Below, piece by piece: positions 15,701 to 25,352 of a DNA stretch of 64,000 nt. The notes beneath the pieces are model-generated. The model was not told where the DNA came from. It was given only the letters and a program-made list of their open reading frames with translations, and ran no database searches. Source of the DNA: Eledone cirrhosa (taxonomy: Eukaryota); contig OZ024743.1 in assembly GCA_964016885.1 (NCBI GenBank), positions 201,376,001 to 201,440,000 on the forward strand, in the 5' to 3' direction. Within the stretch, counting starts at the first letter, position 1. Every line of letters starts with the position of its first letter. A program made the translations under genes and the position numbers.

Positions 15701-16121
15701 AATCCCCTATTAACAGTAAAGGGCGAGACGTAAGCAGAAAGTTTTCCAGGCGCCTAAAGAAGTCCGGCCGACCGGCCCCAGTAGGGGCGTAGACGGCCAC
15801 CAGTCTAAAGGCACCACCTTCGCTATTGCTCACGTCCAGGACCACCAACTTTCCGTCAGGATCCCGGAAGATTGACCTTACCTCGAGATCCAGACATTTC
15901 CTAAACAGCACAGCCACTCCACCTCCCATTCCCGGCCGACTAACAGATGCAAAGATCTGATAATCGTCGAAAATCGGCGCCAGTGCGCGTGTGTCGGAAA
16001 TTCTGGTCTCGCTGATGGCAATTACATCCATTCCTAGTGACCTGAGGTCGTTGAGCAAGTGACCTTGCTTCCAGGGCGACCCCAGGCCACGAACATTTAA
16101 ACTTCCTACTCTTATGGCCAT
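12702..16121 (-). CDS. Tx1-type ORF2: APE endonuclease, reverse transcriptase and C-terminal CCHC zinc finger (1139 aa)
   Basis: SLNVRGL, ISETR, IGDWN, SDH; KSPGLDGLP, DQSKAFDRV, RQGCPLS, AYADD; CPRCAQSDETVLHALVQC; no stops. Confidence 0.95.
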   Translation of the reverse strand: MAIRVGSLNVRGLGSPWKQGHLLNDLRSLGMDVIAISETRISDTRALAPIFDDYQIFASVSRPGMGGGVAVLFRKCLDLEVRSIFRDPDGKLVVLDVSNSEGGAFRLVAVYAPTGAGRPDFFRRLENFLLTSRPLLLIGDWNGILEARWDCVGVSDRSGGCKSLKYLISQFQLSDRYRLDFPNAPVWTWTNRIGSSRSYIDRIFIRKRDRNSVGCPHFKTVAYSDHKLVICMVDLDKTCRLGPSYWKLNMSFPARKAYRDRVNNLVKQKLTGGVVNNRWWGALKREIRATSIGFSKEVAIEKNRKEEGLIAKLDEAICSGIATDVLAARMALDHFFNAKHEGCIVRAKARALRNEGTKAARWARFAETQRGNKTTIRSLTDRDGHELSDSKQMCEAFRQHFARLFGRMGESETAADFSPYLDGLPRLSTADAERCEEPITSVEIQDALVGCSSRKSPGLDGLPYELYVNMPDLFSDLLEALYCNWQQNGSIPSSVSRGVVTLIRKDENKRDTLDNFRPITLLNTEFKILAKVLAKRLALIVKDLVGEAQTCAIPTRSIHDNLHLMRYIIERVGCKPGFGGALINLDQSKAFDRVDHRYLEAVLEAAGFGPVFRSWIAAMYSGICLVVKVNGHLSEPFQISRSVRQGCPLSSLLYVLTLEPLLRKLELLQGIPLEPGRRKAASAYADDITVMVSDTSEIEVIRTHLEEYERLTGAKLNPEKSVGLQLGTWRGKSLPSNSVVGRWTDGPVKLLGVWFGPDLQVDKNWDEVTSRIANLTQKWAERKLSLKGRAEVANAYIASVIYYRLTVVPCPRPRLANLERLLFKFLWRGRVPLVRRSICCQHPLRGGLGMPWLMMRRHALRLRHLQIFCLNGEQVWSPFVRRAFPQLISLTELQSWVKKRPRLGDWHLECCQALTALCKVGNAVSGTSTQDFYRGLVEGKCDDVLGEALGVNEVELTSMFRRTFEPGTMDNFQKSLAWQCYRGALPVRDKLYRHGSAVRRTCPRCAQSDETVLHALVQCPCIADLWGYVEQLLSRVERIRLSSESIVKIDPPPSFGQEGQAIFLCLVAVAKEVAWWTRLKGLKTDTFLFGQSLINFFKFHLERKVRVEREVLPPSTFTERWVNVARMARVSGPTLIMRL

Positions 16122-16150
16122 GCTGGCAGGATGAATGGGAGAGGAAAGGT

Positions 16151-18059
16151 TTACTTACCTTCCGGGGTCTTGTGAAGGTCGGGTGGTTCGACCTCCATGG
16201 TTTGTGGGGTTTCTTTTGGGAACCCCTTTAATAGTCTTGACGTGGGTTTTACGTTCGGGGTTCCCACATCCCGAGGAAAGCTCTTTCGAATTTCTTTGTA
16301 TGAAGCGAGCGACATTCGCATCAGAAGCAAATTATCTGGTACGCGAAATGTGCTCGCTTCAAATGTTTCCCCGTCTTTTTCGATGTTTGTGCTTCGTGCT
16401 ACATGGGCCATCAATTCCTTGTTGGCCCTTCTGGCAAGCACGAAGTTTTTAATGTTTTGTTGCTCGGGTTTTATTTGTTCGTGTGATTGTGGTGGTGATA
16501 GCTTTGTTAGTGTTGTTTCTATTGTGTCTGCGTTTGTTGTGGGTGGGGTGTCTGTAGTTTCTGATGTTTGTGTGTCTATTTGTTCTTGTGTCTGTTTAGC
16601 TTGTTTGCGTTTGGGGGATTTTGGTGGTTGTGTTGGTGATGCTGTGGGGAAAATGTTTGTGTGGGTGGTGTGTGTATTTTTTTTGTGGGGGTGTTTGTGC
16701 TTTGTGGATTTCTTTTTTTTTGTGTTTTGTTTTTTGTATTTTGGGGGACTTTGGTTTTCCCTCATCTTCACTGCTGGAGGATGAGGGGTCTGTGGCTGTG
16801 AGCGTGTTTGTGTCTGAGTGAGTGTTTATGTTCTTGTTCGTGTGTGTATTTTGGGGGGGAGGGGGAATGGGAGAGCTTTCCTCGTTTCCCCCCTGGGTGT
16901 GCAATTTTGGTGGTTCCATTGTTGACGGTGTTGCTGGTGGTCCTTGTCCCGGCGTCGCCAGCAGTGGAATCTTTCGACCCCTTGCGCTTTTCGGCAGTTG
17001 AGGGCAGAAGGCTCGCAAGTGTGTCGTTTCCCCACAAAGGAAACAATGCGGCCTTTTGCCCTCAGTCATTATATGCAACACCCTCCCGTTTTGGAGGCGG
17101 ATGTGGTCCGGGATTGCTTTTACGTTTTCGGGTCTGATTTGGAGCAGTATCTCCAGATCAACCCCGGACCAGTCGTCCATGGCAGTTCTCGTTGCCTCTA
17201 CCGGGACTGTATCCGTTCCTTCCACGATTACGCAACCCAGGAGCCACCACATATCAAGTCCTGGTGGAATCCTGGGAATGCGCACACGTGCTATTCGTTT
17301 TCCCATGTGGGAGGGGTACATTATAACCTTGCTGGTTTTGCAAGGGGTCATTGAATGCTTCACAGCGAGGGCTTCAGACTTGAACAGCACCGAAACGGTG
17401 CCGTATTGCCTGCCCCTCTCTATGAAGTCTGTGTCCTCTCTGATGTATTTCAGTGCGGCTTCTATGTCAGCTTGGGCGATTATCGCTGCCCTCTTTGTCT
17501 CTACTGAGATGCATCTGAAATGCACCGTTCTTTTTTCCACTGCCTCAATGGCTTCTGCCGGGACAGTTAAGTTTGCCCAGGTCTGCTCTTGATTTATGAT
17601 TTTCCAGGCCTGGGCCAACTTTTCCTCTCTGTTGGTTAAGTCGATGCTGTAGCATGGTCTCCTTTTAGCCGCTGCCACAGCAGCGAAGGTGTTCTTGTTG
17701 GTGTTGTCACTGTTGTTGTTCTTGTTGGTGTTGCTGCTGCTATTGCTGTTGTTGTTCTCCCCTGTGTCGTGGTTACCCTCTGTGCTGTTGGCCTTGTTGG
17801 TGCTGTTGCTGTCGCTACTATTACTCTCTGTGCTGTTCGTTTTATTGGTGCTCTCGCTATTACCACCTTCTGCGCTGTTCGGCTTGTTGGTGTTGGTGTT
17901 GTCGCTGTTACCACCTTCCGCGCCGCTCGGCCCGTTGGTGCTGGCACTGTCGCTGCTCACATTCGTGCTGGTGGCGCTCCTCGCCTCACCTCTCCTCTCA
18001 ACGCTCAAGTCGCCGTTGCACGACAGCAGACCCACCTCTAGGGGGCGTGGCTCCGCCAT
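16151..18059 (-). CDS. Tx1-type ORF1 with CCHC zinc knuckle, probably one frameshift (ORFs 16596-18059 and 16151-16771)
   Basis: CFLCGETTHLRAFC (CX2CX4HX4C); low-complexity N/S/T N-terminus and P/K/T-rich C-terminus; lies upstream of ORF2. Confidence 0.85.
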
Positions 18060-18284
18060 GTTTTTTTGAGAAAAAAATTATTATTTTTTTCAAAATAAAG
18101 TTCAAATATTTGGGCCAAAAGGCCCAAATATTATGAGTTATTCCTTCACAGGATACAAATTAATGTCTTATAATGCTTCAGCGGTACAAAAAATAAACAA
18201 TTCTCTACAATTAATCCTCAAAAAATTGCTTACTCACGGAGCTTCAAAAAACGTACATCCACTTTCGTCAATAATAATAATAAT

Positions 18285-20191
18285 AATGCTTTCTTTATTA
18301 ACCACAAGGGTTTACATAAAGTAGACATTAAGGACAGTACAGGACAATACAAGACGGTACAAATGGGCATTTCTGCGTGTAAAAAACAAAAACAGAGGCT
18401 GTAACAAAAAAATAACAATGAAAAATTCCCCAATACGGGGGAGACTTCCGAGGGACATTCGTGGCGAAAGCCCATTAAAAAGCCACAGTGACCCTGACCA
18501 CAAGGGCAAGTGCCCTCTCCCAGTTTTCCACCTTTAATTTACAGACACAAACTCAGAGTAGGCCCAGTCACTCGGGCCATTCTTGCCTCTCTCACCCATC
18601 TTTCAACAAAATGCTGGGAAGAGAGCACTTCCCTCTCTACCCTGATTTTCCTTTTCAAATGAAATTTGAAAAAGTTAATCAGGGCATCACCGAAGAGGTA
18701 AGTGCTCGTCTTCAGCCCTTTCAAATACGTCCACCATACTATCTCTTTCGCCATGGCCACAAGACAGATAAAAACTGCCTGCCCTTCCCAGCTAAAGGAA
18801 GAGGGCAGGGCAATCATCACAATGGACTCAGCTGATAGCTGGATCCGTTCTACACGCGACAGCAGGTGTTTGACATAAACCCACAAGTCAGCTATGCTCG
18901 GACACTGGACCAGTGCATGCAGGATGGTTTCGTTGCCCTGCGGGCATCTCGGACATGGCTGCCTGATGGCACCTCCATGCCTGTAGAGTTTATCCCAAAC
19001 TGGAAAAGCTCCTCGGTAGCACTGCCAGGCCAGGGATTTCTGGAAATTGTCCATAGGCCCCGGCCCGAAAGTTCTTCCAAAGAGATTGGCTAGTTGATTT
19101 TCGTCGACGCCTAGAGTTTCCCTATGTACGTCGTCGCTCTTCCCCTCCACTAATCCTCTGACTGCCGCCAGATAACGATGGTCGTTATTGAAAGCTTTTG
19201 ACTGATCTAAATTGATCAAGAACCCATCTGTGCCAGGTTCCCTAGCTACCCGCTCCACGATGTATTGCATGAGGTGGAGGTTGTCGTGGATGGATCTGTC
19301 GGGAATGGAGCATGTCTGCGCCTCTCCTACCAAACCACCAACGACAAGCGCCAAACTCTTTGCTAGCACCATGGCCAAAATCTTGAACTCTGTGTTTAGA
19401 AGAGTTATGGGCCTGAAATTATCTATGTTATCCCCCTTGTTCGGATCCTTTTTCAGCAGTGCCACCACTCCTCGGCTCACAGAGCTGGGAATTCTCCCGT
19501 TCTGTTGCCAGTTGCAGTAGACGTCCGCCAAGGGGCCTCCGAACAAGTCTGGCATCTGTACGTAAAGTTCATAGGGCAGACCATCCAAACCAGGCGATTT
19601 ACCCCTTGTGCAGCCAGTCATTGCCTCCCTTACTTCAGCGGCTGTTATTGGCTTTTCGCAACACTTCGCCTCAGTGGCTGAGAGCTGCGGCAGTCCGTCG
19701 AGGTAAACACTAAAGTCCATCCCTCGATCCGGCCCGCCGCTGCCCCCGAACAGCTGAGCGAAGTGTCGCTGAAAAGCTTCACACATTTGCCTGGGATCGA
19801 GTTGCATGCACCCATCGTGATCCACCAAAGGCCGGATCATGGCTTTGTTGCCACGACGTGCCTCTTCAACCCAGGCCCACTGAACGGCTTTTGCCCCCTC
19901 ATGTGGGAGAGCACGCACCTTAGCTCTGCTTAGCGTTGAAAAATTGGTCTAAAGCCAAAATCCGCGTCAAGCACGTCGGTCGCGATGCCTTTACTAAGCG
20001 CCTCATCTAATTTCTTAACTAGATTTCCTTCTGCTCTATTTTTCTCTGTTACTAGTGCTTTACTAAACCTAATGCATTCTATTCTAATCGCTCTTTTCAG
20101 GTCAAACCACCATTTGTTGTTGACGATGACCCCTGTCAACGCCTTCTTAACTAATTCGCTAATCTGGTCTCTGGTTGTTTTTTCTCAGATT

Positions 20192-20192
<1 letters not shown>
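18285..20192 (-). mobile_element. L1/Tx1-clade LINE, copy C: 5'-truncated at a (TA)n tract, with internal deletion of the RT core
   Basis: ORF 18539-19918 is homologous to copy B ORF2 but jumps from DHRYLAAV to RGLVEGK and lacks QG/YADD; same 3' end motif and (TTA)n tail. Confidence 0.9.
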
Positions 20193-20269
<77 letters not shown>

Positions 20270-20689
20270 CGTATTTAAGAAAGCCACAACAATGCAAAGG
20301 GAAATCTCGAGGTAGGAAGTGAAATATAGATAGGAAAAGCAGGTGAAAGTGAAAGTTGAGAGAGACAAAGATGAAAACAAAACAAAGGTAGAAGGGTTAC
20401 CGTAGTAGAGATTTAATCCCAATATTTCGGGCTCACGCCCATCAACGGGGGAAAATTTCCAAAAGGGGGGAAAAAAGGCCAAGCGGAGAAAGTGGTGATG
20501 TCGTTAAGACAGGAATGCCGTTATGGGGAGAAAAATATTTAAAATTTAAAAGAGGGAAAGAATGCGCGTGCGCGTGATAAGCTGTGGCAAAAGCTACTGA
20601 CCAAATGGGTTAAATCAAGAGGGTGCGTTAGCGTGTGAAAGCCGTAAGATATGTGTAAGTAAATATATATGTGTGTGTGACTGTGTGTG

Positions 20690-21035
20690 TATGAGTGTAA
20701 GTGTGTATATGTGTGAGTGTGTGTGTGTGTGAAAGATAGTGGGCTGTAGAAGTTGGAAATGAAAGGGTGTGAAAGGTGGTAGGTTGTAAAATATGTGTGC
20801 GTGTATAAATATAGATGTGTGTGTGTGTAAGCGTATGGGTATACATGTGTGTGTGTAACTGTGTGTGTATATGTGTGAGTGCGTTTGTGTGTGAAAGATA
20901 GTGGGCTGTAGAAGCTGGAAATCAAAGGGTGTGAAAGGTGGTAGGTTGTAAAAACATGTGTGCGTGTAAAATATAGAAGTGTGTGTGCATGCGTATGGGT
21001 ATGCATATACGTGCGTGTGTGTGAAGATAGCAGGC
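20690..21035. repeat. ~180-bp (TG)-rich tandem repeat in the Penelope 3' region
   Basis: GAAAGATAGTGGGCTGTAGAAG..GAAAGGTGGTAGGTTGTAAAA recurs at ~20731 and ~20893, with a partial third copy. Confidence 0.8.
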
Positions 21036-21060
21036 CGTAGGCTGTGAATGGTCATTATGG

Positions 21061-22276
21061 TTAAGTTAGCCATGTCAGCTCATTTCTCTCAGCCCGGTTG
21101 TTAAGTGGGAGTCTGAGGTTCTTAATAACAAGTGCTTCCTTTATCCTTAAGGATCCGATGCTGCGTTCAGTCGCTAGGACTGTGACCAAGGGTCTACCTT
21201 GTGGGTTTCCGCATTTAAGGATATGTTTACGGAAGGAAGATGCGTTGGTGTTGATATGTTCCTTGATACGAACATGTAGGGGTCGGATGGTGCTACCTAT
21301 GTAAAACTTGTTACATTTATCGCATTGAATCTTATATACGACATAGGTGCGTAGGCAATCTGCCCCCCGTATCGGGCAGTTGCTGAGGGAACACGTGCCA
21401 TCTGCCTCGTAGGGTTTGTTGGAGAGGCATCTTCGCAGCGAAGGTCCTGTGTGGGCCAAATGTATGTCAAGTCCCTCCGTCCGTATGGCCCTGCGGATGG
21501 CGTTCGTAGTATATTCACTCAGGTGGGGGATTTTAAAGAAGCACCTGCTAATATTAAGTTTTCTAGTGGGTGTCAGTCTACTGGGTCTGGGGTCTCTAAT
21601 TCCGTTAATCAGTCGCTTGGGATAACCATTAGATCTGAGTAGATTACGGAATTGCGTGGTATGGGTGAGACCACCCATCGGGTCGCTGCATCTGTTAGTG
21701 ATCCGTGTCAGTTCATTTAGGACATAGCCTCTCTTAGCGTTGTTGGGGAGGGCTGAGTTATAATGCACAAATAAGTCCTTGCACGCTGCTTTGCGGTAGA
21801 AAGTGGTGTTTATGTCTCCTTCTTCCGAGATGTTGATACGGAAGTCGAGGAGGGCGAGTGACCCGTCTTCTCCTGGGTGTTCGATGGTGAAATCGATGTG
21901 TTTGGTCAGTATCGTTGAAGATTTGGTGAATTTCATTCGCCATCTCCCGGGAAGAAGTAAGTATCAGGATATCATCAACGTATCTGGAGTAGAAGGCGAC
22001 GGCGTTGGGTTGGCAGGTATTGAGTGCCTTGCGTTCCAGATGGTCCATGTACGAGATAGCAAGTATGCCGGACAGACTAGAGCCCATAGGTAGCCCAGAG
22101 ATTTGTTTGTACGTGTGGCCGAGGAAATTGAAGAGTGCATTATCCACAACGAAGGAGAGGAGTTGGTGGATGTCCGTGTGTGTGAGTCCGAAGCAGTGTA
22201 AGTTAGATGCTCGGACTCGTTCGGTCAACAGGTCGACAGCTGGGGATGCTGGTACGGAGGTATAAAGGGCGACCAC
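21061..22276 (-). pseudogene. Penelope RT (C-terminal half) + GIY-YIG endonuclease
   Basis: ORFs 21758-22276 and 21061-21936 overlap at a frameshift. Confidence 0.9.
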
Positions 22277-22293
22277 ATCAAGACTGAAGGCAT

Positions 22294-22389
<96 letters not shown>

Positions 22390-22408
22390 TGTATGTATGT
22401 ATGTATGT

Positions 22409-23013
22409 GTCAGGTCACCAGTGCTACAGGTAACATGTATCCCAGTACAACCTGTCTCATGGTCGGGTCGTTGGCGACTAAACTGGCAACCCCACCAAGG
22501 TTTCTTGGTGAGGAGTGTGGCTTTGGACATCCTGCAGGACTAAAAACAAAACCTGTCAAAAGGCAAAGAGGCTCTTAAGAGTCAATAGCCATCCAAAATC
22601 ACCGGGAGAGATGACCCCTTAGCCTTTGTCAAGGCAGAATTCTAGGAGAAGGAAAACTCTGATATAAGACCTGCAACCCTGATGGTATCCAATGATGTTG
22701 ACTTGCTCTTCTTTTTGGTAAATATCATCTTGGTTAAGAGAGTGGGACTGGCTTTGTGCAGTGCCTTTGCTCACTATAAAAGCTTCACAGCACAGGCATT
22801 GCTTTATATCTGGAGATCTCTCTGCACTTGTCGTCACATGGTACCATGGGCCCAGCACTATGTGTCAATAATTGTCACAAGTGTAGTGTTTGTACCAGAG
22901 TTTTTCAGTCGCTGGCTGGATTAAAATGTCACACTCGTTCAGCACATCGGTAGGGGTTCTCCTACATGGATATAAAGTAGTGGCCGTACTCGAAAACGAG
23001 TTGGCAGCCACCA
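22409..23013 (+). mobile_element. Non-coding interspersed repeat (SINE-like, ends in GCAGCCACC followed by a TA/TATG tail), copy 1
   Basis: Near-identical to 23659-24110; diverged reverse copies near 30290-30410 and 58892-59230. Confidence 0.75.
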
Positions 23014-23069
23014 TGTATGTATGTATGTATGTATGTATATATATATTCATACATACATACATACATACA

Positions 23070-23131
<62 letters not shown>

Positions 23132-23499
23132 AAAGTTTACATATATATATACATACACATACATATACGTGTTTTGCAACTGGTCACTTTGTGGCTCAAT
23201 GAAAAATTAATAAATTAAACAATCAGAGCTATATATCATAAAACATGTCTATAGAATCACAAGATAAAATATATACTATTTCCTCTCCCAATTAGCATAA
23301 TTAACTATATAAAAAATCGAATAGACCAGGCTATACGAATGAGGCTTCTATGAAGGAATCTCCGACAAATAACCAAAACTAGTGCTTCGCGTCGGCCGTA
23401 GCGGAATATTTATCGAATATTTCGACAGCGTAATCGCCTAGATACAGTCAACTAAGCAGAATTAGGTTTAAAATAAACTAGGAGAAAATAGAATACATT

Positions 23500-23595
23500 T
23501 AAATAACTCTACCATGGTTTCGTCCGTGTTTTGAGTTTTCCAATAATTATGTAATAATTATATAAACTCGAACGCCGGATTCTTCAGGAAGCTCG
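23500..23595 (-). ncRNA. Type I hammerhead ribozyme motif (solo)
   Basis: Minus strand: CTGAAGA (23587-23581), long stem II TCCG..GAGTTT/AAACTC..CGGA, then GAAA C CATG G TA. Confidence 0.75.
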
Positions 23596-23624
23596 CTCAT
23601 ATCTAGACATTAAAATGATATATA

Positions 23625-23658
<34 letters not shown>

Positions 23659-23660
<2 letters not shown>

Positions 23661-24110
23661 TCAGGTCGCCAGTTAGTACTACTGGTAACATGTATCCCAG
23701 TACAACCTGTCTCATGGTCGGGTCGTTGGCGACTAAACTGGCAACCCCACCAAGGTTTCTTGGTGAGGAGGGTGACTTTGAACATCCTGCAGGACTAAAA
23801 ACAAAACCTGTCAAAGGGCAAAGGAACTCTTAAGAGTCAATGGCCATCCAAAATCACCAAGTGCCTTTGCTCACTATAAAAGCTTCACGGCACAGGCATT
23901 GCTTTATATCTGGAGATCTCTCTGCACTTGACGTCACATGGTACCATGGGCCCAGCACTATGTGTCAATAATTGTCACAAGTGTAGTGTTTGTACCAGAG
24001 TTTTCAAGTTGCTGGCTGGACTAAGTCACACTTGTTCAGCGCATCGGTAGGGGTTCTCCTACATGGATATAAAGAAGTGGCCGTACTCGAAAACGAGTTG
24101 GCAGCCACCA
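23659..24110 (+). mobile_element. Same non-coding repeat as 22409-23013, copy 2, with ~160 bp internal deletion
   Basis: Direct sequence match; jumps from AAATCACC to AGTGCCTTTGCTC. Confidence 0.75.
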
Positions 24111-24223
24111 TGTATATATATATATATATATATATATGGAAAGTTATATTTAAATTGTTGGGTTACAACTAGTAAATATTTATAACTGATATAAAAGCAC
24201 TCGACAAGTATTTGGAGTATATT

Positions 24224-24605
24224 TACGATATTAAATAAATGGAAACTATATTTATAAAACCATATTTATTTCATTATATATATTTCAGGGATATCATATT
24301 AACAATATGCTATGCCTTCCTCAGACAAAATACAATATAGACAGTTTTATAGATAAATAGATTTGACATACCGTACAACATCGACTTGTATTTGAAAAGT
24401 TGAATTGGCAGAATTGACTGCCAATTCAACTTTTCAAATACAAGTCGATGTTGTACGGTATGTCAAATCTATTTATCTATAAAACTGTCTATATTGTATT
24501 TTGTCTGAGGAAGGCATAGCATATTGTTAATATGATATCCCTGAAATATATATAATGAAATAAATATGGTTTTATAAATATAGTTTCCATTTATTTAATA
24601 TCGTA
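24224..24605. repeat. Near-perfect palindrome, 188-bp arms and 6-nt loop, with a hammerhead motif in each arm
   Basis: Arms 24224-24411 and 24418-24605 are reverse complements; centre TTGGCAG-AATTGA-CTGCCAA. Confidence 0.95.
24491..24567 (+). ncRNA. Minimal type I hammerhead ribozyme motif (mirror copy on - at ~24262-24338)
   Basis: Stem I ATATTGTATTTTGT/ATGAAATAAATAT; CTGAGGA 24505-24511; stem II AGG..CATATT/AATATG..CCT; GAAA 24543-24546; T-ATAT-A-TA cleavage triplet. Confidence 0.8.
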
Positions 24606-24630
24606 TATATATATATATATATATATATAT

Positions 24631-25057
24631 GGAGGCACATGGCTTTAAATTTTTGGCCTTTAAATTGTGAAGACAATTTCAGTTGATTGAGTTTTCTTCA
24701 ATATTCATATACTTAGAAAGCAGAACTCTATTTTCTATGTGTGTGCATACTTAGTGGTTAGAGCATTGGGCTTGCAATCGTGAGGTTGTGAATTTAATTC
24801 TTGTATCAAGTGATGCATTGTGTTCTTGAGCAAGACACTTTATTTCACATTGCTCCAATTTTCTCAGATGTAGAAATGAGTTGTGATGTCACTGGTGCCA
24901 GGCTGTATCGGCCATAGCCTTTCCCTTGGGTAACATCAGTGGTGTGAAGAGAAGAGACTGGTCTTCCACAAACAACCTTGCCCAGACTTGTGCCTTTGAG
25001 GGGAGGTCTCTAGGTGCAAATCCCATGGTCACACAAGACAGAAGCAGGGTCATTACC

Positions 25058-25116
<59 letters not shown>

Positions 25117-25352
25117 TGTGAGTTCAATTCTCAGACCAGGTGATGTGTTATTTCCTTGAGCAAGACACTTTATTTTACATTGCTCCAGTTTACTCAGCTG
25201 TAGAAATGAGATGATAGGGACTGCGGTCCATATCATTCCATAGCAAAGTGGTCGTGGAGCATCCAGCTGTAGAAATCAAGCCAGAATCAGTTCCTGTCCC
25301 ACCCTTGCAAGCAGGGAAAAAGCAGACGTAAAATGAAATGATGATGATGATG
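24631..25352 (+). mobile_element. tRNA-derived SINE copies (two, partial or interrupted)
   Basis: A box TAGTGGTTAG, B-box-like GAGTTCAATTC, core TTGAGCAAGACACTTTAT; second copy ends in an RTE-like (ATG)n tail; homologous to 48913-49257. Confidence 0.75.

Larger units (their letters stand above)
12450..18269 (-). mobile_element. L1/Tx1-clade LINE, copy B, full length with intact ORF2
   Basis: 5' UTR, ORF1, ORF2, 3' UTR ending in GGCCAATAAA and (TTA)n. Confidence 0.95.
20266..22296 (-). mobile_element. Penelope-like retroelement, 5'-truncated, flanked by (TA)n on both sides
   Basis: RT motifs ALYTSVP, YKQISGLPMGSSLS, RYVDD, LLDFRI..FYRK; GIY-YIG VVYKIQCDKCNKFYIG.T.RPLHVRIKEH; one frameshift near 21935; ~800 bp 3' region. 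Confidence 0.92.

Noticed and set aside
3238-19713. Plus-strand ORFs antisense to the Tx1 elements
   Set aside because: Shadow frames of GC-richer LINE coding sequence with no recognisable motifs
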